64,000 bases of DNA from Elusimicrobiota bacterium (GCA_016788905.1 JAEURZ010000008.1:25494-89493), one strand, 5' to 3'. Numbered from the stretch's first letter, positions 26,761 through 35,892 are shown. A program made the numbers and translations. The notes: generated from the letters alone by a model not told the origin.

Positions 26761-28471
26761 CAACCTCATTGTAGGAGCCGGGGGGGCCGGCCTTTACGCG
26801 GCTCTTGCTTTATCCCAGCGTAACGCCGGGGTCGCGGTCTTATCTAAACTTTATCCCACACGTTCACACACCGGCGCGGCCCAGGGGGGCGTTTCCGCCG
26901 CTCTGGGGAACACGGAACCCGATAGCCCCGAATGGCATATGTTCGATACGGTGAAGGGCGGCGATTATTTGGTGGACCAGGACGCCGCGGAAATCCTTTG
27001 CCGGGATGCGATCGATACAGTAATCGAACTGGAACACTTAGGACTGCCCTTCAATCGCACCCCGGATGGTCGTATCGACCAACGATTTTTTGGGGGTCAC
27101 ACCAAAGACCATGGGAAAGGGCCTGTTAAAAGAGCTTGTTTTGCCGCTGACCGTACCGGGCACATGATCCTTCAAACCCTTTACCAGCAATGCGTCAAAA
27201 ACGAGGTCACTTTTTTTGATGAGTTTCATGTGGTGGACCTCATTATCAGTGAAGGGCGGTGTGCCGGTGTTGTGGCCTACGAGATGCGAACCGGCGAACT
27301 GCATATTTTCCAGTCGAAAACAGTATTGTTCGCGACGGGCGGGTCCGGTCGTTTGTTTAAAATTACCTCCAATGCCCACGCTCTGACCGGTGACGGAATG
27401 GCGATTGCCTACCGCCGTGGGATTCCCCTGGAAGACATGGAATTCTTTCAGTTCCATCCCACAGGCATCTATAAAATGGGGATTCTTCTCTCAGAAGCGT
27501 GTCGAGGCGAAGGGGGAAAACTCCTCAACGGCAAGGGCGAGCGGTTCATGGAACGCTACGCGCCCACCATGTTGGATCTCGCTCCCCGCGACATGATTTC
27601 CCGCTTTATTCACCAGGAAGTTCGTGCCGGAAACGGTGTGGATGGAAAAGATTATGTTCATTTGGATCTCCGGCATTTGGGCAAGGAAAAGATCGAAGAA
27701 AAACTTCCTGACATTACGGATTTCGTTCGTACCTACATGGGGTTAGACCCCGTCAAGGATTTGATTCCTGTTCAACCCACCGCCCATTACGCCATGGGGG
27801 GGGTTCCCGCCAACGCGAATGGAGAAGTGGTTTTGGACGAAAAAAATACGGTCATGCCCGGTTTCTATGCCGCGGGCGAGGTGGCGTGTGTGTCTGTTCA
27901 CGGGGCGAATCGTCTGGGAACGAATTCCTTGGTGGATATTTTGGTTTTTGGTCGCCGGTCCGGATTGGCCATGGCAAAATTTTCCGCTGAAAACGATTAT
28001 GTTCCCCTCCTCGCTGACCCCGCCAAAGACATCCGTCAACGGATGGATACGTTGTTGACTCGGGCGGGCACAGAGTCCGCCGCCGATATCCGGTCGGAAC
28101 TTCAGGCCGCCATGATGGACGATTGCGGGGTGTACCGGAACGAAGAGGGACTCAGGCGGGTTCAAGAAAAGATTGCCGCTCTCCGCGTTCGCTACGAGGG
28201 GGTGGGGGTTTCCGATAAAGGAAAAGAATTTAACACGGAACTTTTGGAAGCTTTGGAGTTGGAAAACTTATTGGATTTGGCGGTCAGCACCGTGGTCAGC
28301 GCTTTAGCGCGGAAAGAGTCTCGTGGGGCCCATGCCCGGGAGGATTATCCGAAGCGGGACGACAAAAATTTCCTTTCCCACACGCTGGCCTACCGAAAAG
28401 ATGCGGGTGTTGAACTCAAATACAAGCCCGTCGTGATCACGAAATTTCAGCCACAGGAGCGGAAATACTAA
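26732..28471 (+). CDS. sdhA: succinate dehydrogenase flavoprotein subunit
   Basis: GAGGAGL dinucleotide fold, RSHTGAAQGG (covalent-FAD His) and HGANRLG. The start is at MKRIHTHRFD; the track ORF start at 26579 is an upstream extension into sdhD. Confidence 0.95.
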   Translation: MKRIHTHRFDNLIVGAGGAGLYAALALSQRNAGVAVLSKLYPTRSHTGAAQGGVSAALGNTEPDSPEWHMFDTVKGGDYLVDQDAAEILCRDAIDTVIELEHLGLPFNRTPDGRIDQRFFGGHTKDHGKGPVKRACFAADRTGHMILQTLYQQCVKNEVTFFDEFHVVDLIISEGRCAGVVAYEMRTGELHIFQSKTVLFATGGSGRLFKITSNAHALTGDGMAIAYRRGIPLEDMEFFQFHPTGIYKMGILLSEACRGEGGKLLNGKGERFMERYAPTMLDLAPRDMISRFIHQEVRAGNGVDGKDYVHLDLRHLGKEKIEEKLPDITDFVRTYMGLDPVKDLIPVQPTAHYAMGGVPANANGEVVLDEKNTVMPGFYAAGEVACVSVHGANRLGTNSLVDILVFGRRSGLAMAKFSAENDYVPLLADPAKDIRQRMDTLLTRAGTESAADIRSELQAAMMDDCGVYRNEEGLRRVQEKIAALRVRYEGVGVSDKGKEFNTELLEALELENLLDLAVSTVVSALARKESRGAHAREDYPKRDDKNFLSHTLAYRKDAGVELKYKPVVITKFQPQERKY

Positions 28472-29175
28472 TGGACGTGACGGTAAAAATCCTTCGGTTT
28501 GATCCTGAAAAGGACACGGCCGCCCATTGGGAGTCCTACAGTGTCGATGTGCTCCCCACGGATCGGGTTTTGGACGCATTGAACGAAGTGAAATGGAAGC
28601 GGGATGGATCGTTTTCCTATCGGCGCTCTTGTGCCCATGGGATTTGTGGATCCGACGCCATGCGGATCAATGGAAAAAACCGCTTGGCGTGTAAAGTTTT
28701 GGTCCAGGATGTGGCCCCCGTGATCACCCTTGAACCCATGAAAGGGTTTCGGGTCATCAAAGACATGATCGTGGACATGGAACCTTTTTTCGCCAAATAC
28801 AAATCATTAAAACCGTTTCTGGTGAACGATGAGCCGGTTACTGAGGGAGAACGGTTGCAAAGCCCCACGGCCCGGGCTCGTTACGATGATACGACGAAAT
28901 GTATTCTTTGCGGGGCGTGTACAACCAGCTGCCCATCTTTTTGGGCGGACCCCACCTATGTGGGCCCCGCCGCCATTGTGAACGCCCATCGGTTTATTTT
29001 TGATGATCGAGACAGGGCGGGGGCGGAACGTTTAGCGCTCCTGAATGGGCGGGACGGGGTTTGGAAGTGCCGAACCGTTTTTAATTGCATGGAAGCGTGC
29101 CCTCGCGAAATTGATATCACCGGTGCCATTGCGGATGTGAAGCGCACTCTTCTTTATAAATCGGATCCCACATGA
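28471..29175 (+). CDS. sdhB: succinate dehydrogenase iron-sulfur subunit
   Basis: Cys clusters SCAHGICGSDAMRINGKNRLAC, CILCGACTTSCP and CRTVFNCMEACP. Confidence 0.95.
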   Translation: MDVTVKILRFDPEKDTAAHWESYSVDVLPTDRVLDALNEVKWKRDGSFSYRRSCAHGICGSDAMRINGKNRLACKVLVQDVAPVITLEPMKGFRVIKDMIVDMEPFFAKYKSLKPFLVNDEPVTEGERLQSPTARARYDDTTKCILCGACTTSCPSFWADPTYVGPAAIVNAHRFIFDDRDRAGAERLALLNGRDGVWKCRTVFNCMEACPREIDITGAIADVKRTLLYKSDPT

Positions 29176-29570
29176 CGGATCCGGATGAAAAGAAAGACGT
29201 CGTTGTCCTCGTGGTCGAAGACGACGAAGCGATTTCAGAATTTTTAAGTCTCACGCTGGAACAAGAAGGTTACGAAGTTTGCGTGGCCCCGGACGGGGAG
29301 AAAGGGTTGGAAATGATTCGGTCACGGAAGCCCGTGGCGGTGTTGTTGGATCTCATGCTGCCTGGCTTGGATGGCCTCTCCATTCTGAAATATATGCAAG
29401 AAGATCAGGCCACGGCGTCTATCCCCGTGGCTGTTGTCAGTGCCTATGCGGACGCGGGGGACACACGTCGAGTATTGGATTCGTCGCCCAACGTTAAGAA
29501 AGTATTTGTTAAACCCGTACTTACAGAAGATCTTCTGAAAAGCGTAAAGAAGATGATTGACGGGAAATGA
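29172..29570 (+). CDS. stand-alone response-regulator receiver domain protein (CheY-like)
   Basis: VVEDDE acidic pocket, LLDLMLPGLDG (phospho-acceptor Asp) and a conserved KP near the C-terminus. There is no output domain. The ATG overlaps the sdhB stop. Confidence 0.8.
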   Translation: MTDPDEKKDVVVLVVEDDEAISEFLSLTLEQEGYEVCVAPDGEKGLEMIRSRKPVAVLLDLMLPGLDGLSILKYMQEDQATASIPVAVVSAYADAGDTRRVLDSSPNVKKVFVKPVLTEDLLKSVKKMIDGK

Positions 29571-30334
29571 CCCGGCCCCCCTTCAGAAAACATTCCCCCC
29601 ATTTCCTATTTTCAAGTATCTCCTCCTGGTTCGGAAGGCTGTTCGGGGGGCTTTGGGCCGTGGTGTTTGTCTACGGTGCGATTTGGGTCGACTTTCGTTC
29701 ACGTGCCGAAGCGTCGTATCGGGATGGGGAACGATACCTTCAGTGGGCGCGAAATCCAGCGGAGAGGACGCGCCATCAGGAAGCCGAGTATTTGAAAGAA
29801 AGTGAACGGCTTTTTTCACTGCAGGAACGGGGAAAGCTGACGCCTGAGGATTTACGATTGGAGCAAGACGTTCTCCAATCGCGTTTTGATTTAATCGGGG
29901 CCGACTCGTCGGCAAAGCGAGCCTATTTTTCTTTTCGTGATGCTCATCGTTATTCTTCTCACCTTAAAATAGACGATGGTCTCAAGGCCCGACTCTTGGA
30001 GCCGGTGGCCAAGCATGTCTGGCGGGAAGAGGTGTTTCGTCAAGGACTTTCCGTTCCTGGTGAGATGTTTGATCCTGCCCCAGGAGAGACCGGAGATCGT
30101 CGCCTCGTTTTTTCAACACCCGACCCGAACGAAGCCGCCCTCCTATTTCATTTGCTTATGAAGAAAGGAGTTTTGGTTCGTGTCTTTGACGACAAACGCA
30201 TTCGCGGTGCCGTGCGGGAGGGGTTCTGGCTCACCGTTCCCAGCGCGTCATTTTGGAAAGCTCACGAGACCTTAAGAGCTTTCCTGGCCCCAGATCTTCC
30301 TGTGGTTCTGGGTGAGGTTTCCTCGTCCCTATGA
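29567..30334 (+). CDS. single-pass membrane protein, unknown function (C-terminal DUF2007-like fold suspected)
   Basis: N-terminal TM segment (FGGLWAVVFVYGAIWV). The C-terminal ~80 aa (LVFSTPDPNEAALLFHLLMKKGVLVRVFDD...WLTVPSASFWKAHETL) has the pattern of small signal-transduction-like DUF2007 domains. Confidence 0.5.
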   Translation: MTRPPFRKHSPHFLFSSISSWFGRLFGGLWAVVFVYGAIWVDFRSRAEASYRDGERYLQWARNPAERTRHQEAEYLKESERLFSLQERGKLTPEDLRLEQDVLQSRFDLIGADSSAKRAYFSFRDAHRYSSHLKIDDGLKARLLEPVAKHVWREEVFRQGLSVPGEMFDPAPGETGDRRLVFSTPDPNEAALLFHLLMKKGVLVRVFDDKRIRGAVREGFWLTVPSASFWKAHETLRAFLAPDLPVVLGEVSSSL

Positions 30335-30699
30335 GGTTTTTCCTTCGTTCTAAAATCCATAACGCCACGGTCACAGACGCCAACGTGGACTACGTGGGGT
30401 CCCTCACGATCGATGCTGATTTGATGGAGAAGTCGGATATTCAAGAACACGAAAAGGTCTTGGTCGTAGACAACACCAACGGGGCTCGGCTGGAAACCTA
30501 TGTCATAAAAGGCAATCGCGGCTCAGGGGATATCTGTGCCAATGGCGCCGCGAGCCACATGATTAAAAAGGGTCACCAAGTGATCATTATGACTTTTGCG
30601 ATGGCTCTGCGGGCGCCGCGTTCGAAGATCGTTCTGGTGGATCGTGAGAACCGATTTGTCAAATACTTACACGAGAAACCCGGCGCTCCGGCCGGATGA
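30331..30699 (+). CDS. panD: aspartate 1-decarboxylase
   Basis: LRSKIHNATVT and the self-processing Gly-Ser site in YVGSLTID. The size is typical at 122 aa. Confidence 0.9.
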   Translation: MRFFLRSKIHNATVTDANVDYVGSLTIDADLMEKSDIQEHEKVLVVDNTNGARLETYVIKGNRGSGDICANGAASHMIKKGHQVIIMTFAMALRAPRSKIVLVDRENRFVKYLHEKPGAPAG

Positions 30700-31439
30700 A
30701 GCGCGCCCGCTTTCGGAGAAAATCTGCCCCCACTCGGGTTTTCGAAACCCTCTACCCCGTTTTGGGGCTTGTCCTTTTGGCTCCCGCTGTGGGCGTTTGG
30801 TTTGGTTTGATCCGCTTGGGAGTGGCGTTGCCTTATGAGGGGAAAATTGTTGTTCCCGTTTTGGCAGGAGTCGCCGCCTACCTCCTTCTCCATCTCGTTT
30901 TTCGTAAACCCATTACGGCTTACGTTTTCGGCCATGAACTGACCCATGCGATGGCGGCCCTTCTTTCGGGGTATAAAGTAAAGTCCATCTTCGTGTCGGG
31001 AAAGGGAGGGGAAGTCGAACTTTCAGGAAGCAACGCTTTTGTCGCTCTGGCACCCTACTGCGTTCCACTTTATACGTTGGTGGTCTTGTTGGCGTATGGG
31101 CTGGTTCGCCGTTACGCCCCACTCGAAACCCCTCCCCTTTGGGTCGGGTTTGGGATAGGACTTACGCTCACCTTTCATCTCGCTCTAACCGTCCACGCTT
31201 TGCGACAAGATCAACCGGACCTTCTCCACGCAGGGACTTTTTTTTCGTTAGTCACGATCCTCCTTTGTAATGGGTTGGCCTTGTTGGTGGTGTTGAAGGC
31301 CCTTTTCCCTTCACTCATTTCCTTCTCTGCTTTTGGTCACGCGTGGAGGGAGGAAACCCAAATCCTTCTGGATCGTGTTGGAACAAGTTTCGTTCGGTTG
31401 GGGCGATGGGTTTGGTTCTCCGTTCTGGAAACCCACTGA
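30696..31439 (+). CDS. membrane metalloprotease-like protein (M50B-like, HExxH)
   Basis: HELTH motif inside a TM region, followed by SGKGGEV. Polytopic membrane protein. Confidence 0.5.
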   Translation: MKRARFRRKSAPTRVFETLYPVLGLVLLAPAVGVWFGLIRLGVALPYEGKIVVPVLAGVAAYLLLHLVFRKPITAYVFGHELTHAMAALLSGYKVKSIFVSGKGGEVELSGSNAFVALAPYCVPLYTLVVLLAYGLVRRYAPLETPPLWVGFGIGLTLTFHLALTVHALRQDQPDLLHAGTFFSLVTILLCNGLALLVVLKALFPSLISFSAFGHAWREETQILLDRVGTSFVRLGRWVWFSVLETH

Positions 31440-31443
31440 CCCA

Positions 31444-32064
31444 ATGAAAGGAAACAAGGCGAATCTTTTGGGAAGTCTCTCCCCTTTTCAGCAGGAAGGG
31501 TTGCGGAAACTTTTTCATCTTTTGAGCGCGGGGTATGCTGTCCTCTATGTTCAGGCGGGTCGAGAAAAAACCCTCTGGATATTGGGTGGGGCGGCGGTTA
31601 TGGGAGCCCTCTTGGAAGCCCTTCGGCTACGTCTGTCAACGTTGAACCAGTGGTTGTTGGGTTGGTTCGGGGGCATTCACCGGGAAAAGGAAGTTCGTCA
31701 ACCCTCCGGGATTTTTTGGACAATCACAGGTTGTTTCTGGACGGCCCTTTTGGTCCCGGAACCTGATATCGTTGTGGCGGCCATGCTCTATTTAACAGTG
31801 GGGGACGGTCTCGCTGGCTTTGTCGGACGCACATGGGGACGGATTCGGATGGGGGATAAAAGTGTGGAAGGAAGTTTGGCTTGTTTTCTGGGCGCCTGGG
31901 CGGTGGGGGCCCTTATTCTCACCCCAGCGGTTGGTCGGCCGGAAGTCCTTTTCGGGGCACTACTCGTGACTCTCATCGAAGCTTTTTCACCGCCGCCCAA
32001 CGACAATTTAACCTTGCCCCTCTTTTCCGGGCTCGCCCTTCATTTCTTTCGAGGATGGTCATGA
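31444..32064 (+). CDS. CTP-dependent polyprenol/diacylglycerol (dolichol/phytol) kinase family membrane protein
   Basis: GDGLAGFVGRTWG and KSVEGSLA motifs. The start is set at ATG 31444, 5 nt after the upstream stop. Confidence 0.55.
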   Translation: MKGNKANLLGSLSPFQQEGLRKLFHLLSAGYAVLYVQAGREKTLWILGGAAVMGALLEALRLRLSTLNQWLLGWFGGIHREKEVRQPSGIFWTITGCFWTALLVPEPDIVVAAMLYLTVGDGLAGFVGRTWGRIRMGDKSVEGSLACFLGAWAVGALILTPAVGRPEVLFGALLVTLIEAFSPPPNDNLTLPLFSGLALHFFRGWS

Positions 32065-32816
32065 TAAAAACGGCGGGTCTCATGAAAAAATTTGGAGATG
32101 TCTTGGCGGTCGATCGTCTGGACCTGGATATCCCACCAGGTGAAATTTTTGGTTTTCTCGGGCCGAACGGTGCGGGGAAAACAACCACCGTGAAATTGAT
32201 GACCGGGTTGTTGCGTCCCACGGCGGGGCGGGCGTGGGTGGGCGGTTTCGATGTTCAATTGAATCCGCGTCAAGCCAAGAAAGTGATGGGGCTCGTTCCG
32301 GATCAGCCTTACGTTTATCCCCACCTCACGGGGAACGAATTTCTCCGGTTCATTGGAGACATCTACGAAGTGGATCTTTCATACCAAAAAAAGAAAATTC
32401 CCGAGTTGTTGGAAATGTTTGAGTTGGGGGAGATGGGGTCGGAACTGGTGGAAACCTACTCGCACGGAATGAAGCAAAAACTTGTTCTCGCGGGGATCCT
32501 TCTTCATCAACCGAAAGTCTTGTTTTTAGACGAGCCCATGGTGGGATTAGACCCCAAAAGCGCTCGATTGGTCAAGGATGTGTTCAAAAGATTGTCAGAG
32601 AACGGGGTGACGCTTTTTATGTGTACCCATGTTCTTGAGATCGCTGAACGACTTTGCCATCGGGTGGGGATTGTTCAGCGCGGGTGTCTCACCCGTGTGG
32701 GGACGGTGGCCGAGCTTCGTGGCCAGTCGACTGAGGGCGGGTCTTTGGAGGACATTTTCCTGGCGCTCACGGGTGGGGATCACTATCGGGACCTCTTGAA
32801 ATACCTTAACGAATGA
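32061..32816 (+). CDS. ABC transporter ATP-binding protein
   Basis: Walker A GPNGAGKTT, Q-loop, signature-like YSHGMKQK and Walker B LFLDEP. ATGA overlap with the upstream gene. Confidence 0.9.
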   Translation: MIKTAGLMKKFGDVLAVDRLDLDIPPGEIFGFLGPNGAGKTTTVKLMTGLLRPTAGRAWVGGFDVQLNPRQAKKVMGLVPDQPYVYPHLTGNEFLRFIGDIYEVDLSYQKKKIPELLEMFELGEMGSELVETYSHGMKQKLVLAGILLHQPKVLFLDEPMVGLDPKSARLVKDVFKRLSENGVTLFMCTHVLEIAERLCHRVGIVQRGCLTRVGTVAELRGQSTEGGSLEDIFLALTGGDHYRDLLKYLNE

Positions 32817-34465
32817 GGTGGCTCCTTCGCGTTCAGTTCCTTAAGTTCAAGAACTGGATCACTCATGGGTCTGCGGGGGATCGGGTCAAGGCGGCGGGGT
32901 TCCTCTTTTTAGGGTTACTTTTTGTTTCAGGTCTCTACTGGGGATTTTTTCGGTTTTTGACTGTTCTTCAAAACGTGGAGCTGGTGGGCGATCTTCTTTT
33001 GATGAAGGTCTTGGCGATGGCGTTCATGACGAGTTTTTTGATGATTATTTTCTCCAGTACCATCGCCAGTTTCTCCACGCTTTTTTTTGCCCGTGACCTT
33101 TCAATGTTGGTTCATACCCCGTTGCCTTACCGAACCCTGTTTGCTTTTAAATCCATAGAAACGACCATTTTTTCTTCTTGGATCATGGTCATGGCGCTCT
33201 TCCCCTTTCTCGCGGCTTTCGGTCGCGTGATGGGGCAGGGGGCAGCGTTTTTCCTTTTGTTGTCGGGTCTTATTGTCCCTTTCGCGTGGATTGCGAGCGC
33301 TCTGGGGATTGGGCTCTCGTTACTGCTCATGCTCGTTTTTCCCGCTCGCCGTGTCAGAGAAGTCATGTTGGTGGTGGCCGTGCTGATCGGCACCGGTCTT
33401 TTCCTTTGGGTCCGATGGTTGGCCCCCGCCCAGTTCCTTCGGGCGGACACTCTGGATTTTGTTATTCAATACATTTCTCTCTTAAAGGCGCCCACCGCGC
33501 CCTATTTGCCTTCCTACTGGTTCGCTCAGTCCCTGGGTGGGTTTGCCATGGGCCAGAAAGAGGTGGCTCTCCAATCCGGTTCTCTGTTGGTAGGGACCGC
33601 CCTGTTGGTTTGGTTCGGATTACTCTTTTTTGGGGAGAAGGCTTACTATGGGGGGTGGGCTGCCGCTCAGGAGTCCAGCCGGCGTGGACGGCCCCAATCT
33701 TTGGGAGGGGAATGGCGATGGATTCCTCCTCTCTTCGGTGTTCGGTTTCAGGCGACGCTTGGAAAAGATCTTGCTGTTTTTCGAAGAGACTCCAATCAGT
33801 GGTCACAGCTTCTCATGTTGGCGTCCATCATTGCCATCTATCTGATCAGTATTCGAAAACTTCCCTTGGACTCACGCTACTTGCGGGCGTTGATTTCGTT
33901 CCTGAATATTGGAATGGTGGGGTTTGTTCTGGCCTCTGTGGCGCTTCGGTTTGTTTTCCCCGCCATAAGCTTGGAGGGGAAAAGTTGGTGGGCGCTGCGG
34001 GCCGCCCCCTTAAGTCTTTGGGAAATCCTGTGGGGGAAGTTCCTGGGCGGGTTCATCCCTATTGGGGTCATGGGGGTGCTCCTCGTTTGGATTTCGAATT
34101 CGTTCTTGGGCGTGGACCCTTTTGTTGTTCACCTCTCGAATGTGACCGTTTTAGTTATGGCGCTGACTCTTTCCGCCATGGGTGTCGGGTTCGGGGCGAT
34201 GTTTCCTCGGTTTGGAATGGAGAACGTGGCCCAAATTCAAACATCTCCCGGGGGGATCCTGTTCATGGTCACGGCGCTCTTTTACGTGGGGGTCACCCTG
34301 GCCCTCGAGGCCATTTTGATGAAGAGGCACTATTTCTCTGGGCGATCCGTCTGGGGGTCGACGGAGGCCTTCTATGTCCTCGGGACATTGTTCCTTATCA
34401 ATCTGGCTGGGTTCTTCCTCCCCTTGTTTTTCGGAAAAGCAAACCTCGATCACGCTGACCTTTAA
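32813..34465 (+). CDS. large ABC exporter permease (ABC-2-like, 550 aa)
   Basis: Polytopic membrane protein with more than 10 hydrophobic segments. It is translationally coupled (ATGA) to the ATPase. Confidence 0.7.
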   Translation: MRWLLRVQFLKFKNWITHGSAGDRVKAAGFLFLGLLFVSGLYWGFFRFLTVLQNVELVGDLLLMKVLAMAFMTSFLMIIFSSTIASFSTLFFARDLSMLVHTPLPYRTLFAFKSIETTIFSSWIMVMALFPFLAAFGRVMGQGAAFFLLLSGLIVPFAWIASALGIGLSLLLMLVFPARRVREVMLVVAVLIGTGLFLWVRWLAPAQFLRADTLDFVIQYISLLKAPTAPYLPSYWFAQSLGGFAMGQKEVALQSGSLLVGTALLVWFGLLFFGEKAYYGGWAAAQESSRRGRPQSLGGEWRWIPPLFGVRFQATLGKDLAVFRRDSNQWSQLLMLASIIAIYLISIRKLPLDSRYLRALISFLNIGMVGFVLASVALRFVFPAISLEGKSWWALRAAPLSLWEILWGKFLGGFIPIGVMGVLLVWISNSFLGVDPFVVHLSNVTVLVMALTLSAMGVGFGAMFPRFGMENVAQIQTSPGGILFMVTALFYVGVTLALEAILMKRHYFSGRSVWGSTEAFYVLGTLFLINLAGFFLPLFFGKANLDHADL

Positions 34466-34508
34466 ACGAATGTGTGCACAAACCTTATATATCTTGTTAG
34501 GTTATCTA

Positions 34509-34537
34509 TTGACAAAATTTAATTTTCATGATAGTCT
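34509..34537 (+). promoter_or_regulatory. promoter of the HspR-like gene (TTGACA-N17-TAGTCT) with an AAAATT-T-AATTTT palindrome in the spacer
   Basis: -35 at 34509-34514, -10 at 34532-34537 preceded by TGa, and a 6-1-6 palindrome at 34514-34526. Confidence 0.45.
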
Positions 34538-34557
34538 CTAATAACGAAGAGGGGACT

Positions 34558-34845
34558 ATGGACCAGGAAGTGATCATTCGAAGGACGCGTCGGACCCCCC
34601 TCTACAGTATTGGGGTGGCTTCCCGCCTATGCGGGATTTCTATTCACACCCTGCGCTGGGTGGAGCGGGCAGGGCTGGTTGCACCCAGTCGAACGGAGGG
34701 GAACCAGCGGCTTTTTTGTGATGAGGATATGGACCTTCTGGTTGAAGTTCGGAATCTTTTAGCTCAGCGGGTGAATCTTTCTGGGATCCGAATTATTTTA
34801 CGAATGCAAGCAGGTGATGGAAAAAAAGAAAAAGGGCGGGAATAG
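34558..34845 (+). CDS. MerR-family heat-shock regulator (HspR-like)
   Basis: MerR helix-turn-helix (YSIGVASRLCGISIHTLRWVERAGLV, R-x-x-G-N-Q-R-L-F). ATG 34558 has a GAGGGG Shine-Dalgarno sequence. The track start at 34528 overlaps the -10. Confidence 0.75.
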   Translation: MDQEVIIRRTRRTPLYSIGVASRLCGISIHTLRWVERAGLVAPSRTEGNQRLFCDEDMDLLVEVRNLLAQRVNLSGIRIILRMQAGDGKKEKGRE

Positions 34846-34868
34846 GGCCTCTTTTTTTTGTGATTATA

Positions 34869-34895
34869 TTAGCAGTCAATGTTAGAGAGCGCTAG
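34869..34895 (+). promoter_or_regulatory. CIRCE-like inverted repeat upstream of hsp20
   Basis: TTAGCAGTC-N9-GAGCGCTAG matches the CIRCE consensus TTAGCACTC-N9-GAGTGCTAA at 15 of 18 positions. It lies between a TATATT -10-like box (34865-34870) and the AAGGAGG Shine-Dalgarno sequence. Confidence 0.35.
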
Positions 34896-34913
34896 GATAA
34901 AAAGGAGGTATTA

Positions 34914-35333
34914 ATGTCGTACATTGCGAGTTGGGTGGATCCATTCCTGAGAGACGTTTCGGAAAGGCGTTTGGCGGGGGAGTCCGCTTCAAGGCCAGAA
35001 ACGAAGGTGTTACCCGTCACCGATGTTTTAGAACGTCCCGAGGCTTGGGTGTTATTGTCGGACATGCCTGGGGTGGAGCCTGCCGGAGTGGAGGTTTCGG
35101 TAAATGAAGGGGTGTTGCATCTGACCGGTCGCCGATCAACAAGCGCGGAAGCAGGAGCCGGTATTGTTGAGGCGGAACGCACCAAAGGGGCCTTCCACAG
35201 GTCTTTCAAATTGGACCTGACCAAAGTTGATGTGGCCGCCATATCCGCCACGATTAAGAACGGCGTGCTCCGGGTGTGTGTTCCGAAGAGCGGGCCAGCG
35301 CGTGTTCATCGAATTCAGGTTAAATCCGAATAA
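34914..35333 (+). CDS. Hsp20/alpha-crystallin family small heat-shock protein
   Basis: Alpha-crystallin domain pattern (D-x-x-E, A-x-L-P-G-V, F-x-R-x-F-x-L, NGVL-x-V). Strong Shine-Dalgarno sequence. Confidence 0.9.
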   Translation: MSYIASWVDPFLRDVSERRLAGESASRPETKVLPVTDVLERPEAWVLLSDMPGVEPAGVEVSVNEGVLHLTGRRSTSAEAGAGIVEAERTKGAFHRSFKLDLTKVDVAAISATIKNGVLRVCVPKSGPARVHRIQVKSE

Positions 35334-35350
35334 AAAAGGAGGCGGTTGCC

Positions 35351-35854
35351 ATGACGGACAAAGAAATGGTCCCCTCGGGGGACAAACGGGAAACGGGTTC
35401 AATGGGTGTGTGGACTCCCTTCGGATCGTTTTCCCGGGAAATGGATCGGTTGTTTGATGATGTCGGACGGGGGTGGGGAATCGCGCCCTTCCGGTTATTC
35501 GAGCCGCGAACATCAGCGGATCGAATTCCCCGGCTGGATATCGCGGAAACAGAAAAGGAGATCCGAGTGACGGCGGAACTTCCAGGGATGGACGAGAAGG
35601 ATGTTGATGTGTCTTTGGAAGGAGATCTCCTCACCTTGAAGGGTGAAAAGAAAGCGGAAGCGGAAGAAAAAGGAAAAAACTTCCATCATATGGAGCGCTC
35701 TTACGGGTCGTTCCTTCGCACCGTGAGGCTTCCAATGGAAGTGGATCCCACGAAGGTCACCGCGGGGTTTAAAAAAGGTGTGCTCACCGTGACATTGACC
35801 AAAAGTCCGGCGGCTCAAAACCGGACCCGTAAAATAGAGGTCAAAGCGGAATAA
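35351..35854 (+). CDS. Hsp20/alpha-crystallin family small heat-shock protein
   Basis: Motifs PRLDIAETEKEIRVTAELPGM, GSFLRTVRLP and KKGVLTVTL. AAGGAGG Shine-Dalgarno sequence. Confidence 0.9.
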   Translation: MTDKEMVPSGDKRETGSMGVWTPFGSFSREMDRLFDDVGRGWGIAPFRLFEPRTSADRIPRLDIAETEKEIRVTAELPGMDEKDVDVSLEGDLLTLKGEKKAEAEEKGKNFHHMERSYGSFLRTVRLPMEVDPTKVTAGFKKGVLTVTLTKSPAAQNRTRKIEVKAE

Positions 35855-35892
35855 GAAAACGTTGTCCCAATGAAAAAATGACGTATTCAAAA

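Noticed and set aside
33178-34458. 426-aa plus-strand ORF in an alternative frame of the ABC permease gene.
   Set aside because: It lies entirely inside the 550-aa permease ORF. Its product is Arg/Gly/Pro-rich and low-complexity, with no motifs. This is a typical shadow ORF of a GC-rich gene.
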